This document shows positions 38,233 through 51,806 of a stretch of DNA of 64,000 nt, piece after piece; the first letter of the stretch is position 1; each line of letters begins with the position of its first letter. The position numbers and the translations under genes were made by a program. The DNA lies in NCBI RefSeq assembly GCF_018350175.1, contig NC_058368.1:206710001-206774000 (forward strand), given 5' to 3'. The notes beneath the pieces were generated by a model. It made no database searches and was not told the DNA's origin. It worked only from the letters and a program-made list of their open reading frames with translations. Source of the DNA: Felis catus. Lineage: Eukaryota.

Positions 38233-38916
38233 TAGTTACTATGAAAAATGAGAATCAACTATAGATATATATGAATATAACAACATAGATTATATCCAGA
38301 GATATATAGTAATTGTGTAAGTGGAAAAGAGGGCATTGATAGACTATCAGGAGTGAGATGCTCCCCATTAATGGAAGCTAAGCACCTATTTCCACAAAAT
38401 CAAAAGGCACTGAGAGACATAAGCACTGGAATAGACCTAGCAGCAGTCTTAGCCAGGACCCCATTTTCTTGTTCCTGTGTTATTTTTATTTTTTAGGTGC
38501 TTACATCGATTGGCCTTCTGCTTCTTTCTCTCATCCATTTTTCCCCACACCTGATATCCTAACCAAATGTGTGTCATGGCATGCTGCTGCCTCATATGCC
38601 ATAGGTTTTTTTTGGCCTTTGTGTTTGGATCATTTGATTCCCTTTACTTGAAATGCTTTGCTCCCTTAACATGCACAAACCTGAACTATTTTTCCTGAAG
38701 CCTTCTCTAATTCCTGCTTCCCCACATCCAGACAGCTATAATCCCTTACTTCTTTAAATACTTAACTGCAATCTGTTCTCTTGCAGCACTAACATATCAT
38801 ACATTTGATTTTGATGATTTCAGTACATATCTCACTCATTTTGTGTTTCCTGCTTTGCCTAACATAATATTCTGAACATGTTTAATACGCATTTATATGT
38901 TAAAAGTATTTAGTCC

Positions 38917-39305
38917 AGTGGTTCTCAGTAATTTTAGGTCACAAGCCCTCTGTAAAAATTTGATTAAACCTATTTAGAAAAAAACCACAACTTAAGGGGT
39001 GCCTGGGTGGCTCATTTGGTTGGGCGCCCGACTTTGGCTCAGGTCATGATCTCATGATTCATGGGTTCGAGCCCATCAGGCTTTGTGCTGATGGCTCAGA
39101 GCCTGGATCCTGCTTCTGATTCTGTATCTCCCTCTCTCTGTCCCTCCCCTGCTCCTACTCTATCTCTCTCTTTCAAAAATAAATAAACATTAAAAAAAAA
39201 AACAACACAACTTAAAAGTTCTACAACATTCCTAGGTGTTTGCCGCTCTCTTCCCCGTAACTACCACCTCCTCAGATCCATGAACTATTAGTTCAAAATG
39301 TCTGA
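38917..39305. mobile_element. hAT MITE (MER103C-like) interrupted by a SINE
   Basis: cagtggttctc...ggtcacaagccc...atccatgaac. Confidence 0.45.
38996..39200 (+). mobile_element. CAN-SINE
   Basis: ggggtgcctgggtggctca head; TSD cacaacttaa. Confidence 0.95.
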
Positions 39306-40960
39306 TTTGCTCCAATTTCCTCAGAATTATAATGAAAATTTGAAATTCCTAGAAGTCAAGAAACTTGCTCCAGCCTAGTGGAAAAGCTAGGACTGGAGCT
39401 AAAGTTTTGTGATTTTCAGGCTTGAGGTCTTCCTATGTGGATGCCTTAATCTGGATTATAAGAACACACTGTCTTCAAATGGGCAGACAGTTGCCTCAAG
39501 GAAACTTCACTCTTAGCACAGACTAGTATGCTGGTGGATATCAATGATATCAGCAGGAGAATAACTACCTTGTAGTGTCAGAACAGAAAGCAGTGGACTG
39601 AGAAGAAAACTGGCTAGAATTCCAAACATGCCAGTTATTGGGTCTCTCAGGCTCAGCCAAAAGTTCTGGGAAATCAAGAGGCTAATGACCTCAGAGAACT
39701 TACATGTGTTCTTTAAAGGATGCCCAGGATCAAACACTAGTCTAGCTGGCTTTATTGTAGGGCAAGAAGTCAGGTACAGTCATGAGTCCTAACATCTTGG
39801 GGTGCAGTCTTGAATGTTTTTTGTGTCTCAAGTGCTGACTCATTTTTATTTCCTTTAGAGGAAACTTAAACTCTGCACATCTGGTTTTTCTATAGAAATA
39901 TGATAAGATCAATTCTCTGGAAAGAATCATATTGCAAGATGCCCTAAACCTTCCAGGTGAACAAACCTTGTATAATATACTTAAAGATGAATGTTCCTAA
40001 TCCTTGTCTTAAAGGTTGTAGAGAGCTGGGCTGTGCTTTGTTGTTGTTAAAGTGATAGCAAGACTGAATTCATTATTCTTTCTTAACCTAGCATATAAGC
40101 TGATCCTTGATTCCTGCCATCACCAATTCTTTCTATGAGACAATTCTCAAGTGCCTCCCTTTCCAGGCTTTGCTCTGAAAACAAGACATCTTTCCTCTAC
40201 ACACACCCTCCAAGTAGAATTCCAAAAACATACCAATCTCAGATTTTATGGGAGGATATGTTTTGAAAGAGCTTTTATCTTGGCTTTAATGGTGTATATT
40301 TTTAATTAAAATATTGACTTAAATTCATTTATTCATTTATGTTAGTACTAGCTGGGGACTTTGAGCAGATTAGGCAAATTTTTTCTAGTTAGTTAGGGGG
40401 ACTGGAATTTCCAGAAGTCTTCAGCTTCTATATTCCCCCCCTTTTTTTTTTAACTAGAAGAACTTTTGGCCAAACATGTAGGTTGTCTAGTCCTCTGTGT
40501 TATAAAAATTCAAATATTTGGGTGATCTGGCTGACTCAACTTTGTGATAAAATAAGCCTTGAGTATAGTTTATTGCCTTTTTTCTTATTATCCATTGACT
40601 TTTATTTTAACTTTGTCATACAAAATATCTTCTTGTGGCTCAGAATATGGAAAACTATAGTTTTTATTAGATTGAGGAAAAAATAGATTTATTTATTCTG
40701 CCCTTTATTTATATATAGCTATAGATAAGGACTAGTTTCTCTTCTAAAATTGTGATAAAATCAGCCCATCTAAGGAAAACACTAAGATTTGACACTTAAT
40801 AATTAGAAAATTGAGAAGTAACAGAAGTCACTTATTAATAACAAAGGAAATCTGTAATATCAACATTTATATGGTCTATAAGACTTGCCATATTGGATCC
40901 TACAAACTATTTCATCTTGGCAAAATATAATGTTAAGAGGTCAACATTAAAACATTTGGA

Positions 40961-41175
40961 GGGGCGCCTGGGTGGCTCAGTCGGTTAAGCGGCCGACTTC
41001 GGCTCAGATCACGATCTTGCGGTCCGTGAGTTCGAGCCCGGCGTCGGGCTCTGTGCTGACGGCTCAGAGCCTGGAGCCTGTTTCGGATTCTGTGTCTCCC
41101 TCTCTCTGACCCTCCCCTGTTCATGCTTTGTCTCTCTCTGTCTCAAAAATAAATAAACGTTAAAAAAAATTTTTT
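40961..41175 (+). mobile_element. Young, CpG-rich felid CAN-SINE
   Basis: Near-consensus head and body; TSD aaacatttgga. Confidence 0.97.
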
Positions 41176-41189
41176 TAAACATTTGGAAT

Positions 41190-41600
41190 TTATGTTTGTT
41201 TGCTTATATATTCATTTATTCCTATTTCAAGTTCCCAAAAGGAATTGAGGAGGCTTAAAGAAATATATTCCTACAGAATGATGAAAAATAAAGTGGGAAG
41301 GAAGGAAAAGTATGGGATGGTAAGATGAATCTAAGTGTAGCTTAAGCAGTGTTTAGAAATGCATACTATAAGCTCATCTCTATGTTGTAGACATAGGCTG
41401 CAAATTTGGGCCTGAATTTCTTCAGCTGCCAAAGTGTCACAAAAATCACCATAAAATATATCAGTTGCTCAGGAATGGTACTTAAGACTGAGACAGAACT
41501 TCTCCTCAAGTGTCTCGTAAAGAGGTCTTGGCGTCTGACAGCAGCAAATGATCCTCAGCTCTTTTTAGGCTTTGCTCTGAAGACATGGCACCTTTTCATC
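41190..41600 (-). mobile_element. Possible ancient LINE (Mam_R4-like) fragment
   Basis: atttattcc...ccaaaaggaattgaggaggctta...caaatttgggcctgaatttcttcagctgccaaag resembles recalled consensus. Confidence 0.4.
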
Positions 41601-41604
41601 TCAA

Positions 41605-42300
41605 TGAGAGAATGAAATCTTGCCATTGGTGACAACATGAATGGACCTAGAGGGCATTATGCTGAGTGCGATAAGTCAGAGAAAGACAAATACCAGATTA
41701 TCTTATATGTGGCTTCTGAAAAAAACCCTGAAAAACCAAAACCAAGTTCATAGGTAGAAGAGATTGGTGGTTAACAGAGGTGAGGAGTGCGGGGTGAGCG
41801 AAATAGTGAAAGGATTCAAAAGCTACAAATTTTTAGCTATAAAATAACTAAGTCATGGGGGTGTAATGTATCGCATCATGACTATAGTTAAAAATACTGT
41901 ATTACATACTTAAAAGCTGCTAAGAGAGAAATCTTAAAAGTTCTCATCACAAGAAAAAAAGTTCTATATTTATGGTGACACTTATTAACTAGACTTATTG
42001 TGGTGATTGTTTTACAATATATACAAATATCTGATCATTTTTTATATTTAATTTTTTTAAGTTTTATTTATTTATTTTGAGAGAGACAGAGACGGTGCAA
42101 GTGGGGGAGGGGCAGAGAGAGAGGAAGAGAGTGAGAATCCCAAGCAGCCTCTGCACTGTCAGCAGAGAGCCTAATGCAGGGCTCAAACTCGTGAAACTGT
42201 GAGATCATGACCTGAACTGAAACCAAGAGGCAGACCTTTAACTGAGTGAGCCACCCAGGTGCCCCTTAAATTTTTTAAAAAAGTAAATTACATAATTCTA
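41605..42300 (+). mobile_element. L1MA-type 3' end, interrupted by a SINE
   Basis: gaatgaaatcttgccatt...atggacctagagggcattatgctgagt...gctaagagag...aaaagttctcatcacaag. Confidence 0.85.
42037..42265 (-). mobile_element. CAN-SINE
   Basis: Antisense head gccacccaggtgcccc. Confidence 0.95.
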
Positions 42301-42309
42301 CTTTAAAAA

Positions 42310-42772
42310 ACATATATTTCTTAGATGCTTCCCTATCAGCTTGAGGAAAAAAAAAAGTAAATTCAAACTACTTGGCATAAGAGGACTTCTGTGATTTGTC
42401 TCTATTTCATTCTTTTATTTCCAAATTTCTCTCCTTACCCTAATTCTAGAGACATGCCAAACTACTCACCATTTTCCAGAACACTGTGCTCCCTCTGTCT
42501 TCATCTATGACCTCTACCCTTCTGTCTAACTTCCTTTTAGGAAGTTAGTGTTTGAGGAGCCAGTTGGGATCTATCTCTGCCAGGGAGTTTCCCTGAACTT
42601 CACAGTCTGTTTCTATAACACTCAACATCCTGTAGTGGAGTTGTCTTCTTCATTACCTCTTTGCCCCACTAGATGTTGAGTTTCCTGAAGGTCTGAGCAA
42701 TGTTATTAATCTCTATATTTTTGCATGCAGTTCAATGCCTGGCATCAGGTTCAGTAAATTTCATTGAAAAAA
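42310..42772 (+). mobile_element. L2 LINE 3' fragment
   Basis: ccccactagatgttgagtttcctgaagg...atgcctggcatc...ttcagtaaat. Confidence 0.6.
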
Positions 42773-42774
42773 GA

Positions 42775-42942
42775 GCTGCAGTCTTTTTATAACCTGATCT
42801 TGGAGGTGACATACCATAACTTCTCCCAAGTGCTATTGGATACAGAAACTGACCCAGATACAGTGTCAGAAGAGACCAAACAAGGGTGCAAAAGGGAAGG
42901 AGGTAGGCATTCTTGGAGACATCTTGGAGGCTGACTACCATA
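42775..42942 (-). mobile_element. MaLR LTR fragment (MLT1F-like)
   Basis: ttttataacctgatcttggaggtgacatac...catcttggaggctgactaccata. Confidence 0.7.
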
Positions 42943-43475
42943 GGCATGTAGATCAAGATCCAAAGAGTAAGGGGAAGTGTTTGTTTTTCCTCTTCTGTCA
43001 CATCTTAAAGACACATGGTCTCTGCAAGAAGAGGCTTTGCCAGTTTTATTTTAAATTTAAAAAGACCACCCTTCTTAGAAGGTACATGGGCTCTTAAACT
43101 ACCCACTGGCTGCACAAATTCTGTGTCACCTAATTCATGGCTATAGGTTAACTGAAGTTTACGTGTGCCCAATGCAAACACTATTCTAAACAAATCATAG
43201 ACCTGCGGATGCCCAATTGTCTTCTCTTTAGGAAAAGAAAATGTAATAAAACCTGTAACAGTATTCCAAAAGTATTATAGAAGATATTTTATGATCATGC
43301 AAAGAAAACAAGGTGGGTTGAAATGATGCTTTTTCACTCGGAACAAAAGCACCAGGCTACGAAAGATAGAAAAGTTGAAGAAAATAGTGTATGTATGTCA
43401 TTAATATTTAGGTTTGGAAGAGACATTAAAGGTCGTTCAGCCTTATATTACTTTAAAAATTCATTTAACTTTTTG

Positions 43476-43665
43476 CGGTGCCCGGGCAGCTCAATTGGTT
43501 AAACATCTGTCTGGTTCTTGGTTTTGGCTCAGGTCGTGATCTCAGTTTCATGAGATTGAGCCCCTTATGGGGCCCTGCCCTGGGCATGGAGCCTGCTTGG
43601 GATTCTCTCTCTTCCTCTCGCTCTCTGCCCCTCCCCCACAATATGCTCTTTCTTTCTCTGTCTCA
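43476..43665 (+). mobile_element. CAN-SINE
   Basis: Diverged head, ggagcctgcttgggattctctct; TSD aaaattcatt. Confidence 0.9.
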
Positions 43666-43704
43666 AAATTCATTAATTTTTCAGTGATCTTTTAATTGTT
43701 AATA

Positions 43705-43921
43705 TAAACGTTTTTAATATTTATTTACTTTCAGAGAAAGAGGGTGTGTGTATGTGAGAGCGGGGGAGGGGCAGAGAGAGAGTGAGAGAGAGAATCCTAA
43801 GTAGGCTCTGGACTGTCAGCATAGAGCCCCACTTAGGGCTCAAACTCATGAACCATGAGATCATGCCCTGAGCTGAAATCGAGAGTCTGACACTTAACTG
43901 ATTGAGCCTCCCAGGCACTCC
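43705..43921 (-). mobile_element. CAN-SINE
   Basis: TSD ttaattgttaat. Confidence 0.93.
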
Positions 43922-43924
43922 TTA

Positions 43925-45280
43925 ATTGTTAATTTATACACAATAAAATTCTCTTTGTGGTATATATTTCTGTGGATTTGACAATTACAAAGAGTCATGT
44001 ATCCACCACCATGAGTGTGATACAGAACAGTTTCATCACTCTCAAAATTCTGTCATGCTGCCTCTTTAGAGTTAACCCTCTCCCACCCTCTAACACTTGG
44101 CAAACATTTCTCTGTTCTCCATCCCTGTACTTTTTGCCTTTTTCAGAACATCACATAAATGAAATACAATATGCAGTATATTGTGACTGGTTTCTACTTT
44201 GCAAAACACATTTGGAATTCTTCCATTTGTTGATAAATCAATCGTTTGTTTCTTTTTGTTACTGAATAGTGTCTCATTTTATAGACGTACAATAAGGGAC
44301 ATCTGGTTGAATGACACCTGTGATGTTTGAGGTTTTTGATGATTTTTAATAACATAGCTATAAATATTTGTGTATAAGTGTTTGTGTGAATATAATTTTT
44401 TATGGAATAGTTTGGCCAAGTTGTAAGCTAAGTGTATGTTTAACTTTATAACCAGCTGCCAAACTTTTTCCAAGTGGTTGAATCATTTTTTCATTCCTAA
44501 CAACAATGCATGAGTTCTAGTTGCTCCTTATCCTCATCAGCATTTGTCATCAAGGTTTTTTTTTTTTAAATTTTAGCCATTCTAATAGGTATGGTATCCT
44601 ATTGTGGTTTTAACTTGCATTTTACTAGTGACTAATGATGCTGAGCAACTTCCACGTGCTTATTGGCCATCTCTATATCTGTTGAGATCTTTTGCCTAAC
44701 TTTTATATTGGGTTGTTTGTTTTCTTATCGGTGAATTTGAGAGCTCCTTATGTATTCTGGATTTAAGAGCTTTGTCAGAACTGTGATTTGCAAATATTTT
44801 TTCCTAGTGCATGGCTTTTTTTCATTCCCTTAACATTATCTTTTGTAGAGCAAAAGTTCTTCTTTTAAATTTTTTTTAAAGTTTGTTTTTGAGAGAGAGA
44901 GACAGAGCACAAGTGGGCAAGGGACAGAGAGAGAGGGAGGCACAGAATCCCAAGCAGGCTCCAGGCTCTGAGCTATTAGCATAGAGCCCGACATGAGGTT
45001 TGAACTCACAAGCTGTGAGATCATGACTGAGCTGAAGTTGGATGCTCAATTGACTGAGCCACCAGGCGCCCCTAGAGCAAAAGTTTTTATTTTAGTAAAG
45101 TTCAATTTGTTATTTTTAACAGATTTTGTTATCATGAAAAAAATATTTCCCTAAATAAAGGTCGTAAAGATTCCCTCATATGTTTTCTTCTAGAAGTTAT
45201 ATGATTTTATGGCTTTAGGTTTACACTTGTGGTACATTTAGAGTTTATTTTTGTAAAAGTTGTGAGGTAGGTGGCAAAGT
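43925..45280 (-). mobile_element. L1MB/L1MC-type 3' region, interrupted by a SINE
   Basis: ttttagccattctaataggt, ttgtggttttaacttgcatt, ttgcaaatattttttcc antisense L1 phrases. Confidence 0.85.
44857..45072 (-). mobile_element. CAN-SINE
   Basis: TSD tagagcaaaagtt. Confidence 0.95.
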
Positions 45281-45584
45281 CTAGCCTCACTTTATACATG
45301 AAAAAACTAAGGAATGAGCTTCAAAAAACTGTACTGATTTGCTGAGATTATAAGACTAATGGTGATTATCCTGGGCTAGAACTCCATTCCTGGTGTTTGG
45401 ACCACCACTGCATCTCACTGTCACCTAAGTAGTTTTCAGTTTGACTTTTTCCCCTAATTTTGTTCCTCGTCTCTTTCTGGGTTAAAACATTTTTGGCTTT
45501 GGGAGGCCTATGTTTTTAGTAGCTGTACTAAAGCCCAAGATAGATATTTCCTGCCCTAGAAATTAGAGGCATATCTATTGTTTC

Positions 45585-46150
45585 AATATTGTTGGTCAGG
45601 TATTGCCACAGTAATGTTTCATAACAAATCAATTTTTAAAAAGTGGTTGTTTTAACGTTGAGTATTGCAGTTGCTGCTGTGTACAGAGGTTACTGCAATA
45701 AAGGAAGTAGATTCATTAAAACTAAAACTAAAAAAAAATAACAACAACAGTGGCTTACAACAATAGTATTTTGTTTTTTTGTTGTTGTTTTTTGTTTGTT
45801 TTAGATTTTATTCAGCCAGGCGGCTCTGCTTAAGGGTGCAGGTTGGATGAGTTTATGCCAGACTGGGGCTTGGGTTCAGTTCTGTTCCTCATATGTTTTC
45901 TTACGGAGACCAGGCTGCAAGCAATGCTATCTAGGACATACACTCCCCGTCGCTGGCCCATGGGGTTGAAAAGTCAAGCCAACTCGTACACATGTATGTG
46001 AGGACTCTGCTTATGTCATGCCTCCTAAAATTCCATTGGCCAAAGCAGGTCTTAGGGCCAAACCTAACATCACAAGGGCAAAGAAATTTACTCTAACCAC
46101 TATGAAAAGAACAGGTAGAATGAATTTTTTTTTGAAAAGTAAGTCAAACT
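45585..46150 (-). mobile_element. Old MaLR LTR (MLT1H/J-like)
   Basis: cagtggcttacaacaata...attccattggccaaagcaggtc...ggccaaacc. Confidence 0.6.
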
Positions 46151-46267
46151 ACTATATGTATTCAACAGTTTACCCAATTGAATTGATATAAGACTGAAGT
46201 TAAAATTCTTTAACTGAAGATGACACATGTCTGTTTCCAGATAGAATATTGATTCAATAGGTCACAA

Positions 46268-47101
46268 CATCAATCTTCATCAGGGAAATACAAATTGAAA
46301 CCACACTGAGAAAATCACCTTACACTGGTCAGGGTGGCTAAAATGAACAACTCAGGAAACAACAGATGTTGGCGAGGATGTGGAGAAACGAGAACCCTCT
46401 TAGACTGTTGGTGGGAATGCAAACTGGTACAGCCAATCTGAAAAATGGTGTGGAGGTTCCTCAAAAAATTAAAAATAGAATTACCCTACAACCTAGCAAT
46501 AGCACTACTAGGAATTTATCCAAAGGATGCAGGAGTATTGATGCATAGGGGCACATGTACCCCAACGTTTATAGCAGCTCTATCAACAATAGCCAAATTA
46601 TGGAAAGAGCCCAAAGGTCCATCAACTGATGAATGGATAAAGAAGATGTGGTTTATATATACAATGGAATACTACTTGGTGATGAGAAAGAATGAAATCT
46701 TGCCATTTGCAACAGTGTGGATGGAACTGGAGGGTATTATGCTAACTGAATTGAGTCAGTCAGAGAGAGACAGATATCATATGGTTTCATTCATATGTGG
46801 AATTGAGAAACTTAACAGAAGACCATGGGGGAAGGGAAGGGGAAAAAGTAGTTTCAAACAGAGAGGGAGGCAAACCATAAGAGACTCATAAATGCAGAGA
46901 ACAAACTGAGAACTGATGGGGGGATGGAGGAGAGGGGAAAATGGGTGATGGGCACTGAGGAGGGCTCTTGCTGGGATGAGCACTGGCTACTGTATGTAAG
47001 CGATGAATCATGGGAATCTACCCCCAAAATCAAGAGCATACTGTATACACTGTATGTTAGCTAACTTGACAGTAAATTATATTTAGAAAAAATAAATAAA
47101 T
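46268..47101 (+). mobile_element. 5'-truncated carnivore L1 (ORF2 C-terminus + 3' UTR)
   Basis: [30 protein letters not shown]...; exact 12-bp TSD aataggtcacaa (46256-46267, 47102-47113). Confidence 0.96.
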
Positions 47102-48912
47102 AATAGGTCACAAAGCAACTTCATGACTAAAGACTGAAACATTACTCAATTATTCCAAGTTTTTATTTGACCCATTGGCTACCACCTCACCTCAGAACAG
47201 TGAGTCTAAGCAGACATCGCAAGTCAGTATAAATAAGGGTTCAGTCCTGAAACCAGTGGTGTCTAAGAACTATCATTATACACATACTGGACTTCCATAG
47301 GCTGCCTGACACCAGCTTAGGTGCTGCAGTGTTTATATAATTTAGTTTGGGAGTCATTACTTCAGAGCAGATGAAGATGCTGTTTAATCACACAGATTAA
47401 ATATAAGTAGAAAATAATAGAATATCAAGCTAGGAGATTGGAAGTCTGAGGTACAGAAGTATTAGTAAGCTCTTGTAGGACAGAAGAAGTTGGTGAAAGA
47501 TTTAAGTTTAGGATCCAGAATTTTTCATACTCAAGGTCAAAAGCCGAAAAGAGTACTCACAGTTGTGGGAACTTATTGCAAAGGAGGGAGTTCCACAGTT
47601 TTAGTTATTTTACCTAGTAGAAAAAAACTTTACAGCAGCTAACGCAGAAGATTTCAGGTAGTGTGAAGGTGAAAAGAATGTGTCTGGAAATTGAGACACA
47701 TTAGAATAACTCATAGGTCCATTCACTGAATGGGGATATCATTAATCCTGTAGCCATATTTTTGATCTGAAGGCTAGGCTTGCTTCCTAAGATAGAGCTT
47801 GAAGAGAGATCACCTTTTATCACAGCAATGACAGAGAAATTGAGATTTGTAGTATTTTATTAAAGGAATCAGATGTACCTCCTGGTCATGAAGCATACTT
47901 GGCTTATAGGATGTTTATGATGAGGCTGCAGTGACATTATTCTCATTATAATATTGTCAACACCTGTGTCCTTCTTTATCCCCTGCTTCCACTAAGTGTG
48001 GGCCCCATGTGAAGGAACTAGGAAAAAATCCAGAGTAATTTCACTCTAATAAAGACCAAGTGGAGAGACTGCTGAACTACTCTCCTTCTGTTGGGTTGAA
48101 CTTCATTCTGGATAATTCCAATCCAGTAAGAAGATTACAAATAAAATAAGCACTGATGTCCACAGAGTAGAAAATCAAAAGCAATAAATATACTCCATAT
48201 ACTTTGGGTGGTTCTATAGTATTGGCCATTTGTCATGGTAAGCAACTGGTTCAGTCTTGCAGTTGACCGTTCACAATCTGCTTTTTAAAAAGCACCAGTC
48301 CTTTGGATCATAATTTCATTGCTCCATTTTTCAAAAGAGAAAACTGTAGGAATTCACAAATGTGTATGTAAATTGGTCTTTTAAAAATTTTTTTTGGCAT
48401 TTTCCCTGATGACCTTCATAAACCAGAATTCTCCAATTTAGTTCTCTCCTTCACCCATCTGAGGGAAAACTCTTAAATTTATGTATTGGAATCAGAAGTT
48501 GTGTATTAGGTTAAAGTGATCTTAAGAAGCACTTAATGCTCAGACATGTCTTGTTGCTTTTGTTGTTTATATTCTGTATGGGTGACTTGGCTTATAATTG
48601 AAATTGTTAGATATTTTACATTTAAATATTATATGATCATTATCTAATGATGCCCTGATAAGTTTTGTGATAGATATGTTTGTATGGAATACAGAAACAG
48701 ATGCATGTACCAAACTCAGTGAGTGGTCTCTCAGCTGCACAGAAATTGCTTTGGCAAAATGAATTAAGGATTTGATCAAAGTTTGAGCTGGTAAATCAAA
48801 AGAAACTTCCAAAAGGATGTGAATTTTAAGTGATTTCCCAGAGGGGAAGACCGGAACGGGATAGAATTGTAAGAATGGAAAGAAACAATATGATAGCCCT
48901 TAATTAAAGAGG

Positions 48913-48938
48913 ACACACACACACACACACACACACAC
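48913..48938 (+). repeat. (CA)n microsatellite
   Basis: Visible. Confidence 0.95.
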
Positions 48939-50085
48939 TCATTTAGTCTCACACTAGAAACAAAACCAAACACAAGGAAATAAAGTGTTATAGCTTCTAA
49001 CAAAAGAATTATTTGACTTAACAAGAATAAAATTCCTATTTTCAAATGCTGCCTTTATCTTGATAGTAGCAAGTAAATGTTGGTTAAAGTGAAATAAACA
49101 CAAAGTTGTTTGGGAACACGTGAGGACAAACCACGGGATGATTCATTTATATTTACATATGGGGCTTCACTCACCACAACATGGCTGCAGGGTTTACCAG
49201 GAATGTTGTGGATATTTTATAGTTTTTGGCTATTCTAACTAAAAAAAAAAAGGATTTGTTTTCAGCAAGGGATAGACAGTTTCTTCATGCCACTTCAAAA
49301 TAATACTGACTTGATCGTCATTGCTACTTTACCCAACTAAAGGAAACATGTCTTGGCCTCTAATACATAAGCACTATGTGGTTTTGCAGAATTTGAACAC
49401 TGGGAGGAAAGTGGTGTAGTCAACTTAGCATTTCCTGTCTTGAAACAGTTAATTTAGTACTCTAAAAGTTAAACTGGAGGTCACTTTAATTTAAATATCT
49501 TAACACAAAACTCAACCTAAAGGCAATATGTACCCAAAGAAACCTAGGGAAATTATTGAACTGTCGTTTTTAAACTGTAAGATTAGTAAATGAAATTCCA
49601 AAGTTCACGCAGTTTAGCATGACATTTACTGCTAGAATGAACACCATCAGAGAACGTCAGAATCACAGAGAAAAACGCATCAGAGTCTGTTCAGAGCTAA
49701 TAACATTATTTGTAAGCTCTTTACAGCTAATATCTATCGATCAGCTTCCCTGTATCTGTCACAGAATATAAATAGGGAGGATCGTCATAGGGACTTAGCG
49801 CTCAGTTTTCTGAAAGCACTGAAGGGAATTTACCAGAAGTGATACTATTCTGCAGACAGGGGTGAAGAGGAGAAATCACCTTCTGTGAGTATCCAGGGCT
49901 GTAGACCTCACCTTTGCCTGATTCTCTGCTTTCTGAGTCAGATCCTCAGGGAGGCTGCTAAGCAGGGCTGGGTTGTTCAGGCTCAGTGGCCACCATTAGA
50001 TAAAAGCGATTTGTTTGGGGTTGTGGGGGAGTACCAATACCCAGACCTACCTCAGAATTGCATAGTCCACTCTGTAGAAGCTCAC

Positions 50086-50087
<2 letters not shown>

Positions 50088-50132
<45 letters not shown>

Positions 50133-50145
50133 GTGTGTACACACA
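50088..50145 (+). repeat. (TG)n microsatellite
   Basis: Visible. Confidence 0.95.
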
Positions 50146-50154
50146 AATTCTATG

Positions 50155-50360
50155 GTAGTACTATCCAATACAACTTTTTGCCACGATAGGAGAAATATTC
50201 CATAATCTGTGCTGTCTGGTAGGGTAGCCACTGGTCACATGTGGCTATTGAAAACTTGAAATGTGTGGCTGAGGAACTGAACTTTTCTTATATTTAATTT
50301 TAATTAATTTAAAATTTAAATGTCCATATTTGGCTAATGTTATCATGTTGAAGCACACAG
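50155..50360. mobile_element. hAT-Charlie MITE (MER3-like)
   Basis: tccaatacaactttttg...gtagccactggtcacatgtggctattg...tttaattttaattaatttaaa. Confidence 0.8.
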
Positions 50361-50656
50361 AATTTTGTAACATCTTGACATCTGTACAACCCTGACTGAA
50401 ACTATTTATTATCATATAGGCTGAAACGTTGTGCTTTATATTAAACATACTAGTGAGATGACAAGATTTATAAAGTGATTTGGACATTGATATGAAAATA
50501 ATATTTGGGGGGGGAGGAGAAGCAGCACCTATCAAATAAAGAAATCTCCAGGAACAAATCTGAAACATTAATTCATTAATTTAGTATTTATGAAGAGATC
50601 ATTAAGTAAGATACAGTGGGCTGTGTGTTAGGAATACAAACATGAGATGCTTTTTG

Positions 50657-50682
50657 CTTTTTTTTTTTTTTTAAGTTTGTTT

Positions 50683-50719
<37 letters not shown>

Positions 50720-50868
50720 CAGAGAGAAAGAGAGACAGAGAATCCCAAGCAGACTCCATGCTGTCAGCGCAGAGCCCAGTGCAGGGCTTGAACTCACAAA
50801 CTGTGAGATCATGACCTGAGCCAAAATCCAGCATCAGACACTTAGCTGGCTGAGCCACCTAGGTGCTG
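50657..50868 (-). mobile_element. CAN-SINE (within an L2 remnant ~50565-50990)
   Basis: Antisense body, (GA)n, poly-T. Confidence 0.95.
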
Positions 50869-51714
50869 CAAGATACTTTTTTGCTTTTAACAAGCTTATT
50901 AATCTGGTGGGAGGAAAGAGATAAATATTTAAAATGCACTGTGGTAAGTGCTTGGATGGAGGAATGAACTACACCTGAGGCATCATAAGTCGCTTTCAAG
51001 ACACAGGGTGTTCAAGTCACCCTTCGTTTAATTATTTGCATTTTGGACATATGGTGTTCTAATGTAGGGTGTTAGGTACTGAGGGTGGCAAAGATGAATG
51101 AGAAAATCTCTGCCTTCAAGAATTTTCGCTGTAAACTTCTAAACTAACTGACCCATTTGTCTCCCCCTGAATTTAGATCTGTTTTGAAAATATCAGTGTA
51201 AGTTTCTTTCATTTCCTAGCTCTAAGTAAAAGTAGGTGTCATTTTTTGGGGACCTTTGTGATTGAACATGCATTCTTAAAGAACAGCTTGTTGCTGCCTC
51301 ATCTCCAAGTCTCCTTTGGCTTGTCATCTATTGAGTTGGCCCTGTATTAGGTCATATGTACTATTCACTGACCTGTGAATGTGGTGCACAGCAGAGGGTG
51401 GGAGTGAGGATGTAGAGGGAAGAATGAATACTGTGTAGCTGGTGCTTTTGTGACTTTGCTTACACCTCTGCATCTGTGATGGACCAACTTTGCATGATGA
51501 CAATCTAACCTCATGGGCCTGCGCTACTTTTCTGCCCCATGACCTTTTCTCAAGCTGTGGAGCACACACATGTGAGCGCTATGAAAGTCCCTTGGAGCTA
51601 TTCCTTAAAACATTACAGACAGAAATCAGTGTCTAAATGCCCAAGTGCCAGTCCTTCAGATGGACACTCGTGAGAAATACTGTGTTCACTTCTCCAAGGC
51701 TCTGGAAGGTTTTC

Positions 51715-51806
51715 TAAAACAAAGCCAAAACCAAAACAAAGAAAAACCCCTAAAAAAAAAAACCCAAACCAAAACCCAGAGGAACAAAACAAAACAAACA
51801 AAAACA
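51715..51806 (+). repeat. A/C-rich low-complexity tract
   Basis: aaaac/aaacc degenerate repeats. Confidence 0.85.

Larger units (their letters stand above)
35097..38261. mobile_element. MER82 (Tigger-family MITE), split near its right end by a 2.5-kb Tigger
   Basis: agttgacc...ctaaaatttatttgtaacccc...ggtgtctttaaacagaaac...cactttatcata, resumes gttactatgaaaaatgagaatcaact at 38235. Confidence 0.85.
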
